Shown in pieces: positions 15,016 to 21,686 of a DNA stretch of 25,222 bases. Where the stretch lies: positions 1 to 25,222 of the forward strand of contig CAZLYE010000298.1 in assembly GCA_964562865.1 (NCBI GenBank). The letters run 5' to 3'. The position numbers and the translations under genes are program-made. The stretch comes from an uncultured Candidatus Binatia bacterium. Its GTDB lineage: Bacteria; Desulfobacterota; Binatia; DP-6. Positions within the stretch are counted from its first letter, which is position 1; each line of letters opens with the position of its first letter. Below the pieces are notes generated by a model. It searched no databases, was not told the DNA's origin, and saw only the letters and a list, made by a program, of their open reading frames with translations.

Positions 15016-16524
15016 ATGCTCCGTCCGCCCGCCGCTCCGCCGCGCATCGTGATCATCGGGGCCGGGTTCGGCGGCCTCTGCATGGGGATCCAGCTGAAGC
15101 GCGCGGGCATCGAGTCGTTCACGATCCTCGAGAAGGCCGACCGGCTCGGCGGCACGTGGCGCGACAACACCTATCCCGGGGCCGCGTGCGACTCGCCGTC
15201 GTTCCTCTACTGCTTCTCCTTCGAGCAGAAGACCGACTGGTCGCGGAAGTGGGCGCCGCAGCCCGAGATCCTCGCCTACATGGAGCACTGCGCGCGGAAG
15301 TACGACCTGCTGCCGCACCTCCGCTTCGGTGTCGAGGTGGCGAGCGCGCGCTTCGACGAGGCGGCCGCCGTGTGGCGGGTGCGGACCGTCGCCGGCGAGA
15401 CGTTCGAGGCCGAGGTGCTGGTGAGCGGCGTCGGGCAGCTGAACCGCCCCGCGTGTCCCGACGTCCCGGGGCTCGACCGCTTCGCGGGTGTGTCCTTCCA
15501 CTCGGCGCGCTGGCGGCACGAGCACGACCTGGCGGGGAAGAACGTCGCGGTCATCGGCAACGCGGCGAGCGCGATCCAGTTCATCCCGCGGATCGCGCCG
15601 GTGGTGAAGCGCCTGTACGTCTTCCAGCGGAGCGCCAACTGGATGGTCCCGAAGAACGACCGCGCGTACTCCGCGCGCGAGATCCGGCTGTTCGGACGCT
15701 TCCTTGCGCTCGCCCGCCTCTACCGCTGGTGGATCTGGCTCACCTACGAGTCGCGTTTCCCCGTGTTCCGCCAGAACCGGGTGCTGAGCCGCATGATGGC
15801 GAGGCTCGCCGAGCGCGGCATGCGCGAGCAGGTGCCGGACGCCGCCCTCCAGCGCGTCCTCGTGCCCGACTACCCGATCGGCGGCAAGCGGATCCTGATC
15901 TCCGACGACTACTACCAGGCGCTCGGACGGGACAACGTGGAGCTGGTGACCGCTCCGGTCGACCGCGTCACCCCCGACGCGATCGTCACGCGCGACGGCC
16001 GCACGCGGCCCGCCGACACGATCATCCTCGCGACCGGGTTCGAGACAACGTCGTTCCTCGTGCCGATGAAGATCGAGGGGCTCGGCGGGCGCTCGCTCAA
16101 CGACGCCTGGAAGGACGGCGCCGAGGCCTACCTCGGCATCAACGTGGCGGGTTTCCCGAACTTCTTCATGCTGTACGGCCCGAACACGAACCTCGGGCAC
16201 AACTCGATCATCTTCATGCTCGAGTGCCAGGTCCGCTACGTGATGGACTGCATCCGGACGCTCGTCGCGCGCGATCTCGCGTCCCTCGACGTGCGGCCCG
16301 ATGCGATGGCCGCCTACAACGCGCGGCTCCAGGCGGTGCTCGAACGGACCGTCTGGGCGAGGACGGGGAAGAGCTGGTACAAGCGCGCCGACGGGCGGAT
16401 CACGAACAACTGGTCCGGCACGACCGCGGCCTACTGGTGGCGGACCCGCCGCGCCGACCTGCGCGCGTATCGGCTGACGGCGCGCGCCGCCGCGGCCCGC
16501 GCGGCGATCGCCAAGGTCGCCTGA
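15016..16524 (+). CDS. Flavin-containing Baeyer-Villiger monooxygenase
   Basis: IIGAGFGG (FAD), GGTWRDNTYPGAACD, BVMO fingerprint FAGVSFHSARW, second Rossmann motif VIGNAASAIQ, DTIILATGF, PNFFMLYGPN. Start ATG 15016 or GTG 15013. Confidence 0.95.
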   Translation: MLRPPAAPPRIVIIGAGFGGLCMGIQLKRAGIESFTILEKADRLGGTWRDNTYPGAACDSPSFLYCFSFEQKTDWSRKWAPQPEILAYMEHCARKYDLLPHLRFGVEVASARFDEAAAVWRVRTVAGETFEAEVLVSGVGQLNRPACPDVPGLDRFAGVSFHSARWRHEHDLAGKNVAVIGNAASAIQFIPRIAPVVKRLYVFQRSANWMVPKNDRAYSAREIRLFGRFLALARLYRWWIWLTYESRFPVFRQNRVLSRMMARLAERGMREQVPDAALQRVLVPDYPIGGKRILISDDYYQALGRDNVELVTAPVDRVTPDAIVTRDGRTRPADTIILATGFETTSFLVPMKIEGLGGRSLNDAWKDGAEAYLGINVAGFPNFFMLYGPNTNLGHNSIIFMLECQVRYVMDCIRTLVARDLASLDVRPDAMAAYNARLQAVLERTVWARTGKSWYKRADGRITNNWSGTTAAYWWRTRRADLRAYRLTARAAAARAAIAKVA

Positions 16525-16531
16525 GCGCGCG

Positions 16532-17344
16532 TTACGTCCCGCGCGCGAGCCAGTGCGACGCGCGACGGAGCCAGTGCACGATCGAGTCCGCGGCCCCCGG
16601 CGCCAGCGCCGCGAGCTTCTCGAGCGTGCCCGCGCCCGGCGGCACGGAGATCTCGACCAGCTGGAAGCGGACCGCCGCGAAGACGGCCCACACCACCCAG
16701 GACGGCGGCATGTTCAGCGCGGTCGGCCAGAGCTCGACGAACTCGGGGTCGAGGTCGATCGCCGCCGCCATCGGCGTCTCGACCACGCCCGGGAGGACGA
16801 GCCCCACGTGGAGGCCCTCGCCGTGGAGCTCGGTGCGGAGCGCCTCCGTCAGGCCGACGAGCGCGAACTTGGTCGCGCAGTAGCCGCCGAGCGGCGATAC
16901 CCCGCGGCGACCCCCGAGCGACGCGACGTTGACGATCGTCCCACCGCCGTGCCCGCGCATCGTCGCGACCGCCTCCTGCATCACGTAGAGGGCGCCGAAG
17001 AGGTTCACCTCGAGCATCGCGCGGAGGTCCGCCGCACGGATCTCGGGGACGACCGCGGGGATCAGCACGCCCGCGTTGTTCACCACGACGTCCACCCGGC
17101 CGAAGCGCTCGAGCGTCCGCGCGAAGGCGCCGGCGACGGCGGCGCGCTCGGTCACGTCCGTCGGGACGACGAGGGTCTCCGTGCCCGCCGCGCGCGCCAC
17201 GTCCACGAGCGCGTCCCGCCGGCGCGCGACGAGGGCCACCCTCGCTCCCGCGGCCGCGAAGGCGAGCGCCGTCGCCCGGCCGATGCCGCTCGACGCCCCC
17301 GTCACGAGCACGACCTTGCCGCGGAAGTCGCTGAACCATGCCAT
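16532..17344 (-). CDS. Short-chain dehydrogenase/reductase
   Basis: VTGASSGIG, VNNAG, IVNVAS, YCATK catalytic motif. SD GGAGG inside the 3' end of the upstream hydrolase. Confidence 0.95.
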   Translation of the reverse strand: MAWFSDFRGKVVLVTGASSGIGRATALAFAAAGARVALVARRRDALVDVARAAGTETLVVPTDVTERAAVAGAFARTLERFGRVDVVVNNAGVLIPAVVPEIRAADLRAMLEVNLFGALYVMQEAVATMRGHGGGTIVNVASLGGRRGVSPLGGYCATKFALVGLTEALRTELHGEGLHVGLVLPGVVETPMAAAIDLDPEFVELWPTALNMPPSWVVWAVFAAVRFQLVEISVPPGAGTLEKLAALAPGAADSIVHWLRRASHWLARGT

Positions 17345-17350
17345 GCGCCG

Positions 17351-18574
17351 TCACCTCCGTCCGACGCTCGCCAGCGCGGCGGCGCCGATGCGCGCGATGC
17401 GGAGGTCCCCGAAGGGCGTCCCCATCCCGCTGTTCACGATCAGCGCGACCGCGAGCCGGCGGCCCGGGTCCGCCCACGCGCCCGAGCCACCGAAGCCGAA
17501 GTGCCCGAAGGCCCGCCGCGGCACGCCGCGCGTGGTGAAGACGCCGTGGTAGCCGAGCCGCCAGCGCATGTCGAAGGGGATCACCACCCGCGCCGGCGGC
17601 GGGCTCTGCGGCTCGGTCGCCCGCGCGAGCGTCTCGCGCGAGAGGAGGCGGACGCCGTCGATCTCGCCGCCGCCGGCGAGCGCGGCGTACATCCGCGCGA
17701 GCGAGCGCGCCGTGAAGAGCCCGTTGGCGGCGGGGATCGCGACCCGGAGCGTCTCGCGGGCACCGAACTCGAACGCGTCGATCCCGCGCGGAGCGAGCGC
17801 GTCGCGGATGCTCTCGACGTCGAGCTGCACCCCGACGACGCGCAGCACGTGCTCGAGGACGGAGAGCCCGCCCCGGCGGAGGTGCCGTGCCACGTCGCCG
17901 GCGAAGGGGAGCGTCGGCGCGAGGAGCCGCGGCTGCCACCACAGGAGCTCCGCCGCCCGGTCGAGCGCCTCCTCGGGCGCGCCGACGTACATCCCGTCGA
18001 GCCCGAGCGGCCGCGCGATCTCGTCCTGCACGAGCTGGGAGAAGCGCCGGCCCGTCACCCGCTGCGCGAGCTCGCCGACCAGGTAGCCGAAGGTGAGCCC
18101 GTGATAGCCCGTCCGCGTGCCGGGCGGGTGGATCGGCGCCGCGCGTTCGATCGCGTGGATCATGTACTCCCAGTCGAGCATGCGCTCCGCACGGTCGATC
18201 ATCTGGCGGATGTGGTAGAGCCCGGACTGGTGCGCGAGCACCTGGCGGACGGTGATCGCCTCCTTGCCCGCCTGCGCGAACTCGGGCCAGTGCGTCGCGA
18301 CGCGATCGTCGTAGTCGAGCCGCTTCTGGTCGACGAGGACGTGGAGCAGCGTCGCGGCGACGCCCTTCGTGGTCGAGAAGCTCGGCGCCATGGTGTCCGC
18401 GTGCCACGGCGTGCCGCGCGCGTCCCGGCTCCCGCCCCAGAGATCGACCACGCACTCGCCCCGGTGGTAGATGCACACCGCGGCGCCGCCCGGCCGTCGC
18501 GCGAGGATCGACCGGAGAACGGTCGCGACGCGCTCGAACCCGGGAGACACGTGGCCGTCGAGCACCGCCGTCAA
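17351..18574 (-). CDS. Serine hydrolase, class C beta-lactamase / EstB family
   Basis: VVDLWGG, FSTTK (SxxK), WPEFAQAGKEAITVRQVLAHQSGL, GYHGLTFG, AFGHFGFGGSGAWADP. Start uncertain (TTG 18574 or GTG 18565); the track extension overlaps tesB. Confidence 0.92.
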   Translation of the reverse strand: MTAVLDGHVSPGFERVATVLRSILARRPGGAAVCIYHRGECVVDLWGGSRDARGTPWHADTMAPSFSTTKGVAATLLHVLVDQKRLDYDDRVATHWPEFAQAGKEAITVRQVLAHQSGLYHIRQMIDRAERMLDWEYMIHAIERAAPIHPPGTRTGYHGLTFGYLVGELAQRVTGRRFSQLVQDEIARPLGLDGMYVGAPEEALDRAAELLWWQPRLLAPTLPFAGDVARHLRRGGLSVLEHVLRVVGVQLDVESIRDALAPRGIDAFEFGARETLRVAIPAANGLFTARSLARMYAALAGGGEIDGVRLLSRETLARATEPQSPPPARVVIPFDMRWRLGYHGVFTTRGVPRRAFGHFGFGGSGAWADPGRRLAVALIVNSGMGTPFGDLRIARIGAAALASVGRR

Positions 18575-18588
18575 CCCCCGGCCTGCGT

Positions 18589-18604
18589 AGCAGCGGGCGT
18601 GCCA
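18589..18604 (-). promoter_or_regulatory. Candidate sigma54 -24/-12 promoter
   Basis: Minus strand TGGCACGCCCGCTGCT, one mismatch to TGGCACG-N4-TTGCW. Intergenic, upstream of the serine hydrolase; predicted +1 near 18578. Confidence 0.55.
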
Positions 18605-18686
18605 CGCTTCGACGCGAGCCGCGGCGAGTCGGATTGTCGCGGGCGCGACGCCCGCTCGCGCGCGTTGCCACGCGTCGGAACCGGGC

Positions 18687-19547
18687 TCAGCGTGCCACCC
18701 GGATGAGGCCCTCCTGGGCGACCGACGCCAGCCGGACACCGCTCCGCGCGTGGATCGCGCCGAGGACGAGGCCCCGGCCGGCGACGGCGATCGGGCTCGC
18801 GCTCGTGAAGAGGGCCCAGTCGTCGAAGCGGACCGGCCCGTGGAGCCAGACGGCGTGATCGAGGCTCGCGCCCTGGCGCGCTCCCCACATGAGGCCGTGG
18901 GGCCGTGCCGCGGTGCTGAGGAGACCGCGGTCGCTCGCGAAGGCGAGGACGGCCGCGTGCACGAGCGGGTCGTCGGGCAGCGTTCCGCGCGGCCGGATCC
19001 AGAGCGCGCGCCGCGCGGGACGACCGACCGCGGGCACGGCGGCCTCGGGGTCGCACTCGCGCACCTCGAGTGGCCCGTCGGGCCGTCGCGCGCTCGGATC
19101 GCCGAGGATCCGGACGCGCAGCTCCTCCCAGTCGGGCAGCCCGTCCGGCGCCGCCGCGTCGGGCATCGGGTCCTGGTGCGCGAGCCCCTCGCGCACGCGG
19201 ACGAAGCTCGCGGTGAGGAGGAAGATCGTCTGGCCGGCCTGCCGTCCGACGACGCGGCGAGTGGTGAACTGGAGCCCGTCGCGCACCCGCTCGACGTCCC
19301 AGTCGAGCGGCTGCCCGTGGCGGCCGGGGCGCAGGAAGTGCGCGTGGAGCGCGTGGGGCGCCGCCTCGCGGACCGTCCGTCCCGCCGCGACCAGCCCCTG
19401 CGCGACGAGGAGCCCGCCGAACACGCGCCCGTCGCCTCGTCCGGGCGAGCCGCGGAACTGGTCCCTCCCCGCGGGCTCGAGGTCGAGACGGCGGAGGAGC
19501 GCGTCGACGCGCCGCTGCCCGCCCGCGTGCGTGGAGGCCTCGCTCAC
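18687..19547 (-). CDS. tesB: Acyl-CoA thioesterase II
   Basis: RVFGGLLVAQ, LHAHFLRPG, RVRDGLQFTTRRV, AFASD, ASLDHAVWLH, VAQEGLIR. GTGA overlap with the upstream accessory gene. Confidence 0.93.
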   Translation of the reverse strand: MSEASTHAGGQRRVDALLRRLDLEPAGRDQFRGSPGRGDGRVFGGLLVAQGLVAAGRTVREAAPHALHAHFLRPGRHGQPLDWDVERVRDGLQFTTRRVVGRQAGQTIFLLTASFVRVREGLAHQDPMPDAAAPDGLPDWEELRVRILGDPSARRPDGPLEVRECDPEAAVPAVGRPARRALWIRPRGTLPDDPLVHAAVLAFASDRGLLSTAARPHGLMWGARQGASLDHAVWLHGPVRFDDWALFTSASPIAVAGRGLVLGAIHARSGVRLASVAQEGLIRVAR

Positions 19548-19879
19548 CGCGTCGGGTGATCGTGGCCGGGTGCGCGCGCCGCGAGCACGCGCGCGCGCCC
19601 GTCGACCTCGGCCGCCCCGCAGAGCCCCTTCGCCGCGAGGAGATCCTCGAGCGCGCCGAGCCAGCACGCCCAGTAGCTCCAGCCGGCCCCATGCTCGTGC
19701 TCGGCGATCTCCGCGATGAGACGCCGGCGGAACTCTTCCCAGGCGAAGAGCCCGGCCTCGTGGAGCGCGACGGTCAGGCCGAAGACCCGGCTCTCCCACG
19801 GCGCCGCGAAGGCGAGCTCGCCGTTCCTCCGCGGCGGGGCCGCGGGGCCGGCGACGTCGAGCAGCGGCTCGGCGGTCAC
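19544..19879 (-). CDS. Nitrile hydratase accessory/activator protein (P14K-like)
   Basis: [44 protein letters not shown]…[13 protein letters not shown]; His-containing tail GHDH. GTGA overlaps at both ends. Confidence 0.9.
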   Translation of the reverse strand: MTAEPLLDVAGPAAPPRRNGELAFAAPWESRVFGLTVALHEAGLFAWEEFRRRLIAEIAEHEHGAGWSYWACWLGALEDLLAAKGLCGAAEVDGRARVLAARAPGHDHPTR

Positions 19880-20472
19880 GGGGCCTTCGCCCGCGCGACG
19901 CCGATCATCGCGTCGCGCGTCACGAGCGCCGCGAGCTCCGGCTCGCCGAGCCCTTCCGTTCCAGGCGGGCGCTCGGGCAGCACGAGGTAGCGGATCTCGG
20001 CGCTGCTGTCCCACACGCGGATCTCGACCGTCTCGTCCAGCGGAAGCCCCATCTCGGCGAGGACCGCGCGCGGCTCGCGGACGACGCGCGATCGGTAGGC
20101 GGGATCCTTGTACCACGACGGCGGGAGCCCGAGCACCGGCCAGGGATAGCAGGAGCACAGCGTGCACACGACGACGTTGTGGACGGCAGCCGTGTTCTCG
20201 AGGACCACGAGGTGCTCGCCCTCCTTGCCGCCGAACCCGAGCTCCGCGATCGCGCGCGTCCCGTCCGCGAGGAGCCGCCGCCGGTAGTCCGCATCCACCC
20301 ACGCGCGCGCGACGACCCGCGCGCCGTTCATCGGGCCGACGTCCTGCTCGTAGAGTCGGATGACCGCGTCGATCACCTCGCTCCGGACGAGCCCCTTCTC
20401 GCGGAGGAGGGACTCCAGCGCCTCGGCGCGGAGCGCCTCACGGCCGGGCGTCTCGTGGTGGTGGTCCGTCAT
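19876..20472 (-). CDS. nthA: Cobalt-type nitrile hydratase alpha subunit
   Basis: Metal site [10 protein letters not shown] (Thr/Tyr variant typical of Co-type), [39 protein letters not shown] overlap with nthB. Confidence 0.97.
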   Translation of the reverse strand: MTDHHHETPGREALRAEALESLLREKGLVRSEVIDAVIRLYEQDVGPMNGARVVARAWVDADYRRRLLADGTRAIAELGFGGKEGEHLVVLENTAAVHNVVVCTLCSCYPWPVLGLPPSWYKDPAYRSRVVREPRAVLAEMGLPLDETVEIRVWDSSAEIRYLVLPERPPGTEGLGEPELAALVTRDAMIGVARAKAP

Positions 20473-21074
20473 TCCTGGCGTGCGGGCTCGAGGTGGCTCT
20501 CGAACACGTCGACGTGGACGACGGCGCGCGCGTCGGCGGCGTCGCCCCAGAGCTCGCGCGCGGCGAAGCGCACGGCGTAGACGCGCTGCGGGTTCTCGCC
20601 GAGCCCGTGCGCGTTGGTGTCGGGGAAGACCCACGCCCCCTGCACGCGCGCGACGACGCCGCGGCGGCCGCGCACGTAGCGCGGGAGACGCGTGTGCCCG
20701 GTGGGATGGACGTCGCGGGCGACGACGGCGTCGCCGACGGCGAAGCGCGGTGCGGCGGCGACCTCGCGCTTCGCGCCCTGGGACGGGACACTGTCCGCCG
20801 GCAACGGGCCGTCGCCGGCGATCCCGGCCTCGACCACCAGCCGCTCGAGCGCCGCGAGCCAGCGGCCGTAGTAGCCCGCGGTCAGATAGACGGCCGGCGG
20901 CAGGCGCTCGATCGCGTGTCGGAAGGCGTCGACGGTGACGAGCCCCCGCGCGATCAGGAACCCGGGCAGCGCGAAGACGCGGCCCTCCCACGGCGCGTGG
21001 AAGACCGGCTCGTCCCGCTCGACCACGACGGGCCCGAACCCCTGCATGCCGCCCAGGTCGTGGATGCCGTCCAC
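20469..21074 (-). CDS. nthB: Nitrile hydratase beta subunit
   Basis: [67 protein letters not shown]. Confidence 0.96.
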   Translation of the reverse strand: MDGIHDLGGMQGFGPVVVERDEPVFHAPWEGRVFALPGFLIARGLVTVDAFRHAIERLPPAVYLTAGYYGRWLAALERLVVEAGIAGDGPLPADSVPSQGAKREVAAAPRFAVGDAVVARDVHPTGHTRLPRYVRGRRGVVARVQGAWVFPDTNAHGLGENPQRVYAVRFAARELWGDAADARAVVHVDVFESHLEPARQE

Positions 21075-21080
21075 GGCGGG

Positions 21081-21539
21081 TCAGCCCCCGCTCCGCGCGA
21101 GCGCGCGGTTCACGGACGCGAGCACCTCGTCGAGGAGCCGCGCGAGCTTCTCGTCGCCGCGCCCGAACTTGTCGAGCCGGGCGCTTCCGCCGCGCGCGTC
21201 GTACGTCCCGCGGCCGATGAGCACCCCGTCCTCGTAGAGACGGATGTCGGTGAAGGCGAGGTAGACCGCCATGTCCCACTTCCACTGCGCCTCGTACTCG
21301 AGGTGATAGCGGCACCCCGGCGGCCTCTCGCCCTGGAAGACGGTGGTCTCGATCCCGTGCCGTCCGAGCTGTTCGCGGAGGGTCGGCAGGAACTCCTTGC
21401 TCCACACCGCCCCGTTCTCCTGGACGCAGACCGACGGGATCACGCGCTCGGGAACCGGCTCGACGTGGGTCGTGATGGTGCAGCCGGCCGCGAGCACGCC
21501 CGCGAGGACGGCAGCCGCTCCAAGTGCGCCACGCCGCAT
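21081..21539 (-). CDS. Small lipoprotein, Sbal_3080-like
   Basis: Lipobox VLAAGC; VCVQEN…[18 protein letters not shown]…IGRGTY…LDKF resembles the Sbal_3080 pattern I recall. Start ATG 21539 or 21557. Confidence 0.78.
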   Translation of the reverse strand: MRRGALGAAAVLAGVLAAGCTITTHVEPVPERVIPSVCVQENGAVWSKEFLPTLREQLGRHGIETTVFQGERPPGCRYHLEYEAQWKWDMAVYLAFTDIRLYEDGVLIGRGTYDARGGSARLDKFGRGDEKLARLLDEVLASVNRALARSGG

Positions 21540-21548
21540 CGCCCGGCG

Positions 21549-21577
21549 CGGTACCATGGGCCCGTCGGGACGGTCAA
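21549..21577 (-). promoter_or_regulatory. Weak sigma70-like element TTGACC-N17-GTACCG heading the lipoprotein/NHase operon
   Basis: TTGACC at 21577-21572, GTAC at 21554-21551. Same geometry as the element at 14978. Confidence 0.3.
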
Positions 21578-21578
21578 T

Positions 21579-21600
21579 GAACGCCGGAAGAACGCCGGAA
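21579..21600. repeat. Perfect 11-bp tandem direct repeat GAACGCCGGAA x2
   Basis: Copies at 21579-21589 and 21590-21600, with degenerate phased continuations to about 21631, in a divergent intergenic region. Confidence 0.8.
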
Positions 21601-21686
21601 ACTCCCGGAAGCCCTCGAAACCTCTCGGGAACGGCCGCGGGGCACGCCCTGAAGGGCCCTAAAGTCCCTCGGCATCCGGGCCGAGA

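Noticed and set aside
17351-18574. Antibiotic-resistance beta-lactamase
   Set aside because: No signal peptide, and the motif set (LWGG, WPEF, GHxG) fits cytoplasmic EstB/Lip-type hydrolases rather than AmpC.
19876-21074. Thiocyanate hydrolase or Fe-type NHase; slightly short beta subunit (201 aa)
   Set aside because: The beta subunit is a single full chain and the motif is CTLCSCY, which indicates Co-type NHase. The shortening falls in the variable linker and both conserved Arg-containing motifs are intact.
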